Positions 8,492 to 18,621 of a DNA stretch of 64,000 bases are shown one piece after another. This DNA comes from Clostridia bacterium (GTDB taxonomy: Bacteria; Bacillota; Clostridia; Oscillospirales; CAG-272). Where the stretch lies: contig JAFVYY010000020.1 of NCBI GenBank assembly GCA_017508405.1, positions 529 to 64,528 on the forward strand, in the 5' to 3' direction. The notes beneath the pieces are model-generated. The model searched no databases and had not been told where the DNA came from. It worked only from the letters and a program-made list of their open reading frames with translations. Each line of letters opens with the position of its first letter. Position 1 is the first letter of the stretch. A program made the translations under genes and the position numbers.

Positions 8492-9099
8492 TGAGAAAGG
8501 GAATTTTATTTATTATCTCCGGCCCTGCGGGAAGCGGTAAGGGTACGGTTGTTAAGGAGCTTATATCCGCTCACAGCGAAATAGCTCTTTCTGTATCCGC
8601 AACCACGAGAAATCCCCGTCCGGGAGAAGAAAACGGAGTACATTACTACTTTATCTCGAAGGATGAATTTGAAAAGAGAATAGAACGGGGAGAAATCCTT
8701 GAATATACTACTTACTGTGAAAATTACTACGGTACTCCTTTGAAAGAGGTTAAAAAGGCTCTTGACAGCGGTAAGGATATCATCCTTGAAATAGAGGTTG
8801 ACGGCGCTATGCAGGTAAAGAAGAAGGTAAGGGGCTCCATAGCTATTATGCTTACTCCCCCCGATGCCGAAACTCTTGAAAGAAGGCTGAGAGGCAGAGG
8901 CACGGAAACCGAGGACGTTATAAAGTGGCGTCTTGAAAGAGCCAAGGAGGAGATAAAGCTACTTCCCAAATACGATTATTCCGTGGTCAATGAGGACGGA
9001 AAATCAAATGAATGTGCCGAGCTTATTTACGACATAATAAAAGCTGAGCATCAGAACACAAAAAATACCAAAAAAGAAATTATAAAGAAATTTATTTAA
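8491..9099 (+). CDS. gmk: Guanylate kinase
   Basis: P-loop SGPAGSGKGT, then SATTRNPRPGEENGVHYYF and EIEVDGA. TAATG overlap with remA. Confidence 0.93.
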   Translation: MRKGILFIISGPAGSGKGTVVKELISAHSEIALSVSATTRNPRPGEENGVHYYFISKDEFEKRIERGEILEYTTYCENYYGTPLKEVKKALDSGKDIILEIEVDGAMQVKKKVRGSIAIMLTPPDAETLERRLRGRGTETEDVIKWRLERAKEEIKLLPKYDYSVVNEDGKSNECAELIYDIIKAEHQNTKNTKKEIIKKFI

Positions 9100-9114
9100 A
9101 GAGAGGATTTATAT

Positions 9115-9594
9115 ATGATTTACCCTTCAATTCAGGACTTACTTAAGCTTTCACCCGACAAGGACGGCAACGATAGACTTAACAAATATATGCTTGTTAT
9201 GGCAACAGCGAAATGTGCGCGCGTTATTACAAACGAATATTTGAAGGACAGAAAAAAGGCTGAAAAGCTTATTGCAGAGAAGAAGACCGAAAAGGATATC
9301 GCATCTCTTCTTAAGAAGGAATACAGAGATGAAAAGGCAGTTAAGAATGCCGTTAAGGAGCTTAATGAGGGCGAGTTCAAGCTCTACTTCCCCGGTGATG
9401 AGGGATACGAGGATTCCTTGGTTGACGTAAGTGAGCTCAAGCCTGTTGATGTAGTTGAAGAAACTGACAACACTGTTGAGATCGTTGACGACGGTGAGGA
9501 CGAATTCGATACAGAGGAGCTTGCCGATCTTATGGGAGCTGACGAGGTTTTCGATAACGAAAAAGGTTTTCTTATCGAGGATGGAGAGGAATAA
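9115..9594 (+). CDS. rpoZ: DNA-directed RNA polymerase subunit omega with a long acidic C-terminal tail
   Basis: The N-terminus MIYPSIQDLLKL...NKYMLVMATAKCARVI is omega-like. It sits directly after gmk. Residues from about 95 to 159 are rich in D and E. Confidence 0.75.
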   Translation: MIYPSIQDLLKLSPDKDGNDRLNKYMLVMATAKCARVITNEYLKDRKKAEKLIAEKKTEKDIASLLKKEYRDEKAVKNAVKELNEGEFKLYFPGDEGYEDSLVDVSELKPVDVVEETDNTVEIVDDGEDEFDTEELADLMGADEVFDNEKGFLIEDGEE

Positions 9595-9635
9595 TTTTTT
9601 AAAATAAGTTTATTGCGAAAGGATGGGATGAGGCT

Positions 9636-12128
9636 ATGACAAGATGCGTACGGGTTCACATTTTGGATGTGCCTTATCACGCCGATTGTGAATATGACTA
9701 TTATATCAGCGATGAGCTTTTTCACGAGGTCTCGGTTGGCTCTATCGTTGTAGTACCCTTTGGCGCTGCTAACAGACAAAAGGCTGCGGTGGTCACCTCG
9801 TTTGGGGAGAGCGTAGAGTACGAAACAAATAAAATTAAGCACGTTATATCCGTAATGAGCTCATATCTTTCTCTTGACGAGAATATGTTGGGGCTTTGCC
9901 GATTTATGAAGTCAACGACTCTTTGCACAATAGGAGACGCTGTTAAATGTATTGCACCGTCAACCCTGATTTCAAAGATTGATGAACGACTTTATACTAC
10001 CGGCAAGGAGCTTTCCCGTGGGGAATTTTCGGATGTTTACGGCTTGATTTTTGCAAATCAGGGCATTACCGTAAAAAAGCTGAAGGACAAAATTCCCGAC
10101 TGTACGGAAAAAGTACTATGGCTTGTAAGGAACAAGTACGTTTATAAAAAAGCAGAGCTTTCGGAAAAAGATAAAAGCAAATATGAGAGCATACTTAAGC
10201 TTGCGGTTGAAAAGGATGAGGCTATTGCCATATTAAATTCCTCAGGCAAGATCAAATTGAGAAGCGCTAAGCATAAAGCAATAATTTCGCTTCTCTGCGA
10301 AAACGGAGACTTGCCTTTAACGGACGTATACAAGGAAACGGATTCCGCAAGAGCTCAAATAGATTCCCTTATCGGAAAGGGTATTGTTTCCATAGAAAAG
10401 CATGCGGTGACAAGGGACCCTTATGCTCTTGCAAAGGAAACGAAAAAGGAAAAGATCGTTCTTAGTGACGAGCAAAAGATCGCCTACGGCAAAATCGAGG
10501 CTTTGTATGCCACCAAGGAGGCAAAGGCTGTTTTACTTCACGGAATTACGGGAAGCGGTAAGACAAGTGTTATAAAGGAAATGATAGACAGAGTCATTTC
10601 CGACGGACGAAGCGTTATTATTCTGGTGCCTGAAATTTCATTGACTCCCCAGACTGTATCCACCTTCTGCGGATATTACGGTAACAGAGTAGCGGTTATT
10701 CATTCGGGACTTTCCGCGGGGGAACGCTTTGATGCCTTTAAAAAAATAAAGGATGGGGAGTGCGACGTCGTAATCGGTACGCGTTCCGCAGTATTTGCTC
10801 CTCTCTCCAATCTCGGTATGATAGTAATCGACGAGGAACAGGAGCATACCTATAAATCGGATACAAATCCAAAATATCTTGCTCACGATATCGCAAGATA
10901 CCGTTGCGCAAATGCGGGAGCATTAATGCTTCTTGCTTCAGCCACGCCGTCCCTTACGTCTTATTATAAGGCAATGAGCGGTGTGTACTCACTGGTTAAG
11001 CTTACAAAAAGATACGGAAATGCAACTCTACCCGACGTTATTATATCTGATATGCACAGGGAAAGATCACAGGGTAATGTAAGCGTTTTCGGTAATAAGC
11101 TATCGGAGCTTTTGTGCGATGTGAAGGATGAAGAAAAGCAGGCTATTCTATTCCTGAACAGGAGGGGATATCATTCATCCTTGTCCTGTACAGAGTGCGG
11201 AAAGGTAATAGAATGTCCCAACTGCTCCGTAGCTATGACATATCACTCCTACAAAAAAATAAATGAGGAAATAAACGCGGATAACGCATATGAAATAATG
11301 AGCGGCAGCGGAGTTCTGCGCTGTCACTACTGTGGATATCAGTCAAGAGTTCCAAGGCTGTGTCCAAGCTGTAAGGACGGACATTTTGAATATGTCGGAT
11401 TCGGCACCCAAAAGCTTGAAGAGGATATAACAAAGCTTATTCCGGATGTAAAGACCCTTCGAATGGATGCTGATACGACAACGAGAAAAGAGTCCTATGA
11501 AAACATACTCACGTCTTTCCTTAACAAGGAGGCTGACGTGCTTATAGGTACGCAAATGGTGACCAAGGGTCATAATTTTCCGTCGGTTACACTTGTTGGT
11601 GTAATGCTTGCCGATATGATGCTGTATACAGGTGATTACAGAGCCTCTGAAAGGACATTTTCAATGCTTACACAGGTGATCGGCAGAGCGGGAAGAGCAA
11701 GGGATAGGGGAATAGCGGTTATACAAACCAACTCTCCGTCTGACAGAACTATTCAGTTTGCGGCGAATCAAAATTATGAAGAATTTTATAAAAACGAAAT
11801 ACAGATAAGACAGGCGTACGTTTTCCCTCCGTTCTGCGATATTTGTCTTGTTACCGTTTCATCTCCTAATGAGAATGAAGCTGTGAGAAGCGCAGATAAT
11901 CTTATGAAAGCAATAAAGTCGGAGTTCACTAACGTTAATGCTCCGGTAATTGCTTACGGGCCGTTTGACGCACCAATATACAGGTCGCAAGGCAGATACA
12001 GGAAGAGAATTATAGTGAAATGCAAGCTTAACGCTCAAGTAAGAGGAATCTTCGGAAAAATATATGCTGATTCATTTAAGAGTGGCGGTGCGTTTGTATC
12101 CATTGATTTTAACCCTACTAATCTGTAG
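9636..12128 (+). CDS. priA: Primosomal protein N' (replication restart helicase PriA)
   Basis: 830 aa. Walker A GITGSGKT, DEEQEHTYK, and Cys clusters CTECGKVIECPNCS and CHYCGY...CPSC. Confidence 0.93.
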   Translation: MTRCVRVHILDVPYHADCEYDYYISDELFHEVSVGSIVVVPFGAANRQKAAVVTSFGESVEYETNKIKHVISVMSSYLSLDENMLGLCRFMKSTTLCTIGDAVKCIAPSTLISKIDERLYTTGKELSRGEFSDVYGLIFANQGITVKKLKDKIPDCTEKVLWLVRNKYVYKKAELSEKDKSKYESILKLAVEKDEAIAILNSSGKIKLRSAKHKAIISLLCENGDLPLTDVYKETDSARAQIDSLIGKGIVSIEKHAVTRDPYALAKETKKEKIVLSDEQKIAYGKIEALYATKEAKAVLLHGITGSGKTSVIKEMIDRVISDGRSVIILVPEISLTPQTVSTFCGYYGNRVAVIHSGLSAGERFDAFKKIKDGECDVVIGTRSAVFAPLSNLGMIVIDEEQEHTYKSDTNPKYLAHDIARYRCANAGALMLLASATPSLTSYYKAMSGVYSLVKLTKRYGNATLPDVIISDMHRERSQGNVSVFGNKLSELLCDVKDEEKQAILFLNRRGYHSSLSCTECGKVIECPNCSVAMTYHSYKKINEEINADNAYEIMSGSGVLRCHYCGYQSRVPRLCPSCKDGHFEYVGFGTQKLEEDITKLIPDVKTLRMDADTTTRKESYENILTSFLNKEADVLIGTQMVTKGHNFPSVTLVGVMLADMMLYTGDYRASERTFSMLTQVIGRAGRARDRGIAVIQTNSPSDRTIQFAANQNYEEFYKNEIQIRQAYVFPPFCDICLVTVSSPNENEAVRSADNLMKAIKSEFTNVNAPVIAYGPFDAPIYRSQGRYRKRIIVKCKLNAQVRGIFGKIYADSFKSGGAFVSIDFNPTNL

Positions 12129-12146
12129 CTTGAAGAGGAGATAAAT

Positions 12147-12614
12147 ATGGGAGTTATTCAGATAGTTAAAGAAGCGGATAACGAGGAATTTTTGAGAAAA
12201 AAGAGCAGAGAGGTTTCGGAGATCACGCCGAGAATTATAACTTTGCTTGACGATATGATTGATACTATGAGAAATGCCAACGGATGCGGTCTTGCCGCAG
12301 TACAGGTAGGCGTTCTTCGCCGTATTGTGGTTATTGAAACCGAGGAAGGACTTTTTGAGCTTATTAATCCCGTAATAATTAAAAAATCCGGATGTCAGGA
12401 GGGCGCCGAGGGCTGTCTTTCTCTGCCGGGAAAATGGGGACTCACAAAAAGACCGAGCAAGGTAACCGTAAGAGCTATGGACAGAAACGGCGACACCTTT
12501 GAGCTTACCGGAGAGGGACTTCTTGCAAAGGCAATTTGCCATGAGGTCGACCATCTTGACGGTATTCTGTACACCGATAAGGTTATAAGAATGTTAGGAG
12601 AAGACGAAATATAA
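12147..12614 (+). CDS. def: Peptide deformylase
   Basis: Motifs GCGLAAVQVG, EGCLSLPG and HEVDHLDG. Confidence 0.95.
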   Translation: MGVIQIVKEADNEEFLRKKSREVSEITPRIITLLDDMIDTMRNANGCGLAAVQVGVLRRIVVIETEEGLFELINPVIIKKSGCQEGAEGCLSLPGKWGLTKRPSKVTVRAMDRNGDTFELTGEGLLAKAICHEVDHLDGILYTDKVIRMLGEDEI

Positions 12615-13540
12615 TGAGAATACTTTTTATGGGTACACCGGATTTCGCAAGGGCAAATTTACAGGCGCTTTGCGATAAGGGTATGGAAGTTGTTGGTGTG
12701 GTTACTCCGCAGGATAAACCCAAGGGCAGAGGTCTTACGCTTACGCCTTGCGACGTAAAAAAATACGCTCTTGAAAAGGGATTACCCGTATATCAGCCTC
12801 TTACACTTAAGGATGGGGCGTTTCTCGATACGTTAAAGGAGCTTGATCCCGAGCTTATAGTAGTTGTGGCATACGGTAAGATACTTCCGAAATACGTGCT
12901 TGATTACCCCAAATACGGATGTATAAACGGTCATGCGTCCATTCTTCCCGAATACAGAGGCGCCGCCCCAATTCAGAGAGCCATTATAGACGGTAAGACT
13001 GAAACGGGCGTAAGCATTCAGAGAATGGATATAGGAATTGACACAGGTGATGTAATCTGTGTAGAAAAGGTTACTATTGAGCCAAGTGACGATTTTGAAG
13101 CGGTGCATGATAAGCTTGCCGTTGCATCCTCAAAGGGACTTTTAAAGGCTGTACAGCTTCTCTCGGATGGTAAAGCGACATACACTCCTCAGGGAGACGA
13201 GTTTACTTATGCGGAAAAGATTACAAAGGACGATTGTTATATTGATTTTAACGGTGCGGTAAATGACGTACACAACAGAATAAGAGGACTTTCCCCTATT
13301 CCGCTATCATTTACAAGAACTGCTGACGGCAAGGTTCTTAAGATAGTTAAGGCGCATATTTCCGATAAATCCGCCAATGGAAAAATCGGAGAGGTAGTGT
13401 TCCTTGACAGCTCTATCCACGTTAAGTGCAAAGACGGTGTTATCGCCCTTGATATAATTGTACCCGAGGGTAAGGGCAGAATGAATGCGAGAGACCTGAT
13501 AAACGGCAGAAAGATTGCCGTAGGAGATATCCTCGGCTGA
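12614..13540 (+). CDS. fmt: Methionyl-tRNA formyltransferase
   Basis: MRILFMGTPDFA, NGHASILPEYRGAAPIQRAI. TAATG overlap with def. Confidence 0.94.
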   Translation: MRILFMGTPDFARANLQALCDKGMEVVGVVTPQDKPKGRGLTLTPCDVKKYALEKGLPVYQPLTLKDGAFLDTLKELDPELIVVVAYGKILPKYVLDYPKYGCINGHASILPEYRGAAPIQRAIIDGKTETGVSIQRMDIGIDTGDVICVEKVTIEPSDDFEAVHDKLAVASSKGLLKAVQLLSDGKATYTPQGDEFTYAEKITKDDCYIDFNGAVNDVHNRIRGLSPIPLSFTRTADGKVLKIVKAHISDKSANGKIGEVVFLDSSIHVKCKDGVIALDIIVPEGKGRMNARDLINGRKIAVGDILG

Positions 13541-13562
13541 TATAAACCGAAAGGAGGAAATT

Positions 13563-14864
13563 ATGGATAATCCGAGAAAGCTGGCGTTTGCCTCGTTAGT
13601 AAGAGCGGATGCGCTTACAAGCTATTCAAATATTGAAATAAATACGGTTATTTCAAGGTCAGAGCTCAGTAAGAAGAATGCTGCGCTTTATACCGCTTTA
13701 TATATGGGCGTTACGGAAAAGCTTTTAACTCTTGATTACGCCATAGGTAAGTATTCCTCCGTAGGAATGGACAAGCTTGATATTGAAACAAAGAATGCCC
13801 TGAGACTTGGCTTTTATCAGCTTATGTTTATGGACAGAATCCCCGAATATTCTGCAGTTTCCGAAACAGTAAGTATTTGTCCGAAAAGGTCGAAGGGCTT
13901 TGTAAATGCGGTGCTCCGTTCCTTTATAAGAAACGAGAAGAAAGTGGACTATCCTGAAGACGAATGGGATAGATTTTCCGTGATTTCATCCACTCCCCCT
14001 TATATAATTGATATTTTCAGAAGCTCATATGGGGATGAAGCAACAAGACAGCTTCTCAGCGGAACAGATGCTTATAGCGGTATATCCTTGAGAGTAAATA
14101 CGCTTAAAACAAGTGTAAACGACATAATAACTGTCCTGGATACGAGAAAGATCGAATATAGAAAAGAGTCGCTTTGTGACGACGTTATAGCCGTATTTGC
14201 CCCTGTTTCCGAGCTCGAGGACCTTATATCCTCAGGCGAGGCTTTCGTACAGGATACGGCGTCAAGATGCGCTGTTAAGATATTTGATCCCAAATCGGGA
14301 ATGAGAATACTTGACGCATGCGCTTGCCCCGGAGGAAAAAGCTTTTCTTCCGCAATAGATATGGAAAATCAGGGAGAAATAATATCCTGCGATTTACATA
14401 GAAATAAGCTTTCCCTTATAGAAAGAGGAGCTAAAAATTTGGGTATCAATATAATAAAAGCAAGAGAACAAAACGGCAAGGAATACGTAAGCGAGTTTGA
14501 CAGCTTATTTGATAAGGTGCTTTGCGACGTTCCCTGCTCCGGACTTGGTGTAATACGCAAAAAGCCCGACATAAAGTACAAAAAGGTCGACGCTGTGGAC
14601 AGCTTACCGCCCATACAGAGAGAAATTTTGGAAAATTGCTCAAAATATGTTAAGATCGGCGGGGAGCTTGTTTATTCGACTTGTACTCTTAACAGAAAAG
14701 AAAACGAGGATGTTGTTACCTGCTTTCTCAGCTCAAACGATAATTTTGAGCCCTTGGAGTTTTCGGTAGGAGATACTTCCTCAAATAACGGAATGTATAC
14801 GTTTTTCCCTCATATAACGGGAAGCGACGGATTTTTCGTGGCCAAAATGAGGAGGGTGAAATAA
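13563..14864 (+). CDS. rsmB: 16S rRNA (cytosine967-C5)-methyltransferase
   Basis: 433 aa with an N-terminal NusB-like region. SAM motif DACACPGGKS and catalytic DVPCSGLGVIRKKPD, YSTCT. Confidence 0.9.
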   Translation: MDNPRKLAFASLVRADALTSYSNIEINTVISRSELSKKNAALYTALYMGVTEKLLTLDYAIGKYSSVGMDKLDIETKNALRLGFYQLMFMDRIPEYSAVSETVSICPKRSKGFVNAVLRSFIRNEKKVDYPEDEWDRFSVISSTPPYIIDIFRSSYGDEATRQLLSGTDAYSGISLRVNTLKTSVNDIITVLDTRKIEYRKESLCDDVIAVFAPVSELEDLISSGEAFVQDTASRCAVKIFDPKSGMRILDACACPGGKSFSSAIDMENQGEIISCDLHRNKLSLIERGAKNLGINIIKAREQNGKEYVSEFDSLFDKVLCDVPCSGLGVIRKKPDIKYKKVDAVDSLPPIQREILENCSKYVKIGGELVYSTCTLNRKENEDVVTCFLSSNDNFEPLEFSVGDTSSNNGMYTFFPHITGSDGFFVAKMRRVK

Positions 14865-15901
14865 TGGAAAAAACAGATATTTTATCACTTTCACTCCCCG
14901 AGGTGGAAAAATTAGTAACGGATATAGGCGAGCCTAAATTTCGCGCCAAGCAGATATACGGCTGGATCACCAAGGGTATGTGGGGCGAAAATATGCGTAA
15001 TATTCCCAAATCCTTGCAGGAAAAATTGAATAACGTATGCGAATTTCGCTTACCAAACGTTAAATTGAAGCTTGTATCAAGGATAGACGGAACCGTAAAA
15101 TACCTGTTTGAGCTTATTGACGGAGAGTGTATAGAGTCTGTATTTATGAAATACGAGCACGGAAACACTCTTTGTATTTCCTCACAGGTTGGATGCCGTA
15201 TGGGTTGTAAATTCTGCGCATCGACTCTGCTTGGCAGAGTGAGGGATCTTACCCCTTCTGAGATGCTTGGCCAGATCATAGCTGCGGAGAAGGATACGGG
15301 AGAAAGAATATCAAATGTAGTTATGATGGGAATAGGAGAGCCGCTTGACAATTACGATAACACTGTAAGATTTCTCAGGCTTGTAAGCTCCCCCGATTCC
15401 CTTAATATAGGACTTCGTCACATTTCTGTTTCTACCTGTGGACTCGTAAACGGAATTGAGCGCTTACAAAATGAGAATTTGCCTATAACTCTTTCTATTT
15501 CCCTCCACGCTTACGATAACGAGGTGCGCTCGTCAATTATGCCAATAAACAACAAATACGGAATAGAGGAGCTTCTTTCAGCCTGTCACAGATACTATGA
15601 ATCAACCGGCAGAAGGATTTCCTTTGAATATACTCTTATCGCAGGAAAAAATGATACGGAGGAAGGAGCAATCGCTCTTGCAGCCGTTTTGAAAAAATAT
15701 ATGCACTCGGGTATTCACGTAAATTTAATACCCTTAAATGAGGTTAAGGAAACAAAGCTTTCTACATCAAAAAATGTAAATGCATTTAAAAATAAGCTTA
15801 TTTCCCTCGGTATCAATGCTACTGTCCGCCGAAGGCTTGGTTCTGATATTAATGCCTCTTGCGGACAGCTAAGAAGACAATCACAAAAGGAGTCAATATG
15901 A
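14864..15901 (+). CDS. rlmN: 23S rRNA/tRNA (adenine-C2)-methyltransferase, radical SAM
   Basis: FRAKQIYGW and the radical-SAM cluster GCRMGCKFCAS. Follows rsmB with a TAATG overlap. Confidence 0.93.
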   Translation: MEKTDILSLSLPEVEKLVTDIGEPKFRAKQIYGWITKGMWGENMRNIPKSLQEKLNNVCEFRLPNVKLKLVSRIDGTVKYLFELIDGECIESVFMKYEHGNTLCISSQVGCRMGCKFCASTLLGRVRDLTPSEMLGQIIAAEKDTGERISNVVMMGIGEPLDNYDNTVRFLRLVSSPDSLNIGLRHISVSTCGLVNGIERLQNENLPITLSISLHAYDNEVRSSIMPINNKYGIEELLSACHRYYESTGRRISFEYTLIAGKNDTEEGAIALAAVLKKYMHSGIHVNLIPLNEVKETKLSTSKNVNAFKNKLISLGINATVRRRLGSDINASCGQLRRQSQKESI

Positions 15902-16668
15902 TTTGCGCAGCTAATACAGATATAGGAATGAAAAGAAACATAAATCAGGATAGCTATATCCTGAAGCCATTTTCCGAAAAAACGGCGCTCTGTGTGGTTT
16001 GTGACGGAATGGGAGGGGCAAAGGGTGGAGAGGAAGCATCCAAGATAGCATCCGAAGCCTTCGCCTCAAGCGTTGAGGAATTTATTATGCCCTTTGTGGG
16101 AACAAAGGAAAAAAGCGTTCACGTAAACGATATAAGACAGATGCTTATCGAAAGCGTAGATAAGGCAAATACGGCAGTATATTCCTATGCAAAGAGCCAC
16201 CCATCGCTTAAGGGCATGGGAACAACTCTTGTAGCGGTGCTTGTTATTGATCACAGCATTTTTGCAATAAACGTTGGTGACAGCCGTATGTACCTCATTA
16301 AGGGAAATAAGATAAAGCAGGTAACGAAGGACCATTCCTACGTTCAGTATCTTATTGATATGGGACAGCTCACGGAAAAGGAAGCGGAAACCTTTCCTAA
16401 CAGAAACGTGATCACAAGAGCGGTGGGAACAGAATCAAGCGTAGTTCCCGAATGCTTTAGAGAAAGCGCATCTGAGGGAACGTTCATTCTTCTTTGCTCC
16501 GACGGACTTACAAACTTTATAAGCAATGATGAGATAAGAGATATAATTACAAAAGACAGTAAAAATATGGACCAGCTCACCCTTAATTTGAGAGTCAGAA
16601 AGCTTATAGACGTTGCAAATGCTAACGGCGGTGCTGACAACATTACAGCGGCTGTAATTAAGATTTAA
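15898..16668 (+). CDS. stp: PP2C-family Ser/Thr protein phosphatase (Stp/PrpC)
   Basis: The ATG at 15898 (MICAANTDIGMKRNINQDS) forms an ATGA overlap with the rlmN stop. Motifs VCDGMGG, GTTLV, GDSR and GGADNIT. The track start at 15859 lies inside rlmN. Confidence 0.9.
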   Translation: MICAANTDIGMKRNINQDSYILKPFSEKTALCVVCDGMGGAKGGEEASKIASEAFASSVEEFIMPFVGTKEKSVHVNDIRQMLIESVDKANTAVYSYAKSHPSLKGMGTTLVAVLVIDHSIFAINVGDSRMYLIKGNKIKQVTKDHSYVQYLIDMGQLTEKEAETFPNRNVITRAVGTESSVVPECFRESASEGTFILLCSDGLTNFISNDEIRDIITKDSKNMDQLTLNLRVRKLIDVANANGGADNITAAVIKI

Positions 16669-16679
16669 GGAGGTATAGT

Positions 16680-17630
16680 ATGGAACGGGAAAAATACGAA
16701 GTCTACAAAAACTACGTAGGCACGACCCTTGACGGAAGATACTATATCGACGAGCTTATAGGAATAGGCGGAATGGCAGTTGTTTTTGGGGCTGTTGACA
16801 CCTACATCAATAATAACAGAGTAGCAATAAAGATGCTCAAGGTGGACGTAGCGACGGACGAAATAATGGTTAAACGCTTCAAAAATGAATCCAAGGCCGA
16901 ATCCATGCTTAAGCACAGAAACATTGTGGCTATTCACGACGTTTCCGTTAAGGGCAGGGAAAAATACATAGTTATGGAATACGTAGAGGGAATCACTCTT
17001 AAGAATTATCTTAAGGGTAGGAACGGTCCCCTCAGCTTTGACGAAATAATATGTTATTCAAAGCAGATTTTGAGGGCGCTTTGCGTTGCTCATGAAAATC
17101 ATATAATTCACAGGGATATAAAGCCTCAGAACATTATGGTTTTGCAGAACGGTCTTATTAAGGTGATGGATTTTGGTATTGCGAAGCTTCCCAATGCCGA
17201 AACAGTTACGGTTACCGATAAAGCCATAGGTACGGTTTACTATATGAGCCCCGAGCAGGCGAGAGGAAAGAAAATCGACTCAAGAAGCGATATTTATTCC
17301 TTTGGCGCAATGCTTTACGAGCTTGCGACGGGAGAGCTTCCTTTTACAGGCGAAACTCCATTGAGCGTTATACTTAAGCAGATTAACGATGACCCCATCC
17401 CCCCGAGAGAAATAAACCCGGAGATTCCCGTGGGCCTTGAGCAGATTATTCTTTGCGCAATGAGCAAGAATCCCGCCGAAAGATTTCAGTCTGCTGAGCT
17501 TATGCTTAATTTCATAAGACAGCTTCAGAAGGAAAAGGATATTAAGTTTGACGTTTTACCCTGCAGAAACTGGTTGTCAAACTTTATGTCACATACGAGA
17601 AGAATCTTCGGTATAAACAAAAAGAAATGA
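16680..17630 (+). CDS. Hanks-type Ser/Thr protein kinase, catalytic domain only (no TM or PASTA region)
   Basis: 316 aa. Motifs GIGGMAVV, AIKMLK, HRDIKPQNIMV, DFGIAK and SPEQARG. No hydrophobic segment follows the kinase domain. Confidence 0.9.
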   Translation: MEREKYEVYKNYVGTTLDGRYYIDELIGIGGMAVVFGAVDTYINNNRVAIKMLKVDVATDEIMVKRFKNESKAESMLKHRNIVAIHDVSVKGREKYIVMEYVEGITLKNYLKGRNGPLSFDEIICYSKQILRALCVAHENHIIHRDIKPQNIMVLQNGLIKVMDFGIAKLPNAETVTVTDKAIGTVYYMSPEQARGKKIDSRSDIYSFGAMLYELATGELPFTGETPLSVILKQINDDPIPPREINPEIPVGLEQIILCAMSKNPAERFQSAELMLNFIRQLQKEKDIKFDVLPCRNWLSNFMSHTRRIFGINKKK

Positions 17631-18565
17631 TAGTATCGGCAGTAATAATGAAAAGCGTCGGCGGACTATTTTCAATCCGCACCGATGAGGAATTTGAGGG
17701 GAAAAGAGAGTTTGACGTTCGAGCAAAGGGCTCCTTCAAGCATGAAAAAATCACACTTCTTGCAGGAGACAGAGTCGATGTTGAAATTGATAACCACGGT
17801 GAATTTTATATAAAAGAGATAAAGGAGAGAAAGAATTCTCTTATTCGTCCTCCCCTTGCTAATCTTGATATTATTTTTGTAGTAATTTCCTGCAAAAAGC
17901 CCGCCCCTGTGTATGAAACTATTGATAAGATGATATCTATTGCGGAGTTTAATAAAATTGAGCCGGTAATTGTTATTACAAAGGCTGATCTCGATCCCGA
18001 GTTCGCTAATGATGCGTACAAGATATATACAAAGGCAGGATTTAAGACTGTAATAACTTCGTCTGAATCAGGAGAGGGTTGCGCCGAGGTTAAGGAATAT
18101 ATAAGCGAAATTTCGCAAAAACAGCCTATCGTATGCGCATTTTCCGGTGCATCGGGCGCAGGAAAGAGTACTATTATAAATAAAATATTCCCATCTCTTA
18201 AGCTTGAAACGGGAGATTTAAGCCGCAAAATAGAAAGAGGTAAAAATACCACAAGAACAACTGAGCTTTTCCCCCTTGAAAAGCTTTTTGGAGAAGGACA
18301 TCTCGGCTATCTTGCAGACACACCGGGATTTTCACTTCTCGATTTTGAACGCTTTGATTTTTTCTCTCTCGAGGAGCTTAAGGACACTTTCCGTGAGTTT
18401 GGAGAGGTTGAGGGAAAGTGCAGATATACAAAATGCACTCATACAAAGGAAGAGGGCTGCAACATAATAGAAAGGGTAAAAGCGGGAGAAATACCGCACA
18501 CCCGTCACGAAAGCTACGTGTCACTTTATAATATTTTAAAATTAAAACCTAAATGGAAAAAGTAA
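17627..18565 (+). CDS. rsgA: Ribosome small-subunit-dependent GTPase A
   Basis: ITKADL, GASGAGKSTIINK, DTPGF and the C-terminal Zn motif CRYTKCTHTKEEGC. ATGA overlap with the kinase stop. Confidence 0.92.
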   Translation: MIVSAVIMKSVGGLFSIRTDEEFEGKREFDVRAKGSFKHEKITLLAGDRVDVEIDNHGEFYIKEIKERKNSLIRPPLANLDIIFVVISCKKPAPVYETIDKMISIAEFNKIEPVIVITKADLDPEFANDAYKIYTKAGFKTVITSSESGEGCAEVKEYISEISQKQPIVCAFSGASGAGKSTIINKIFPSLKLETGDLSRKIERGKNTTRTTELFPLEKLFGEGHLGYLADTPGFSLLDFERFDFFSLEELKDTFREFGEVEGKCRYTKCTHTKEEGCNIIERVKAGEIPHTRHESYVSLYNILKLKPKWKK

Positions 18566-18621
18566 CAGATTTACAAAATTCTTCATAATCTGTAATAGAC
18601 TCATATATTGCGAGGTATATT

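Noticed and set aside
18566-18621. Sigma-E-type promoter for the spoVM-like ORF (CATATATT at 18602-18609)
   Set aside because: This -10-like element would place the transcription start inside or after the RBS at 18612-18615, so it cannot serve this ORF. No better candidate was found by eye.
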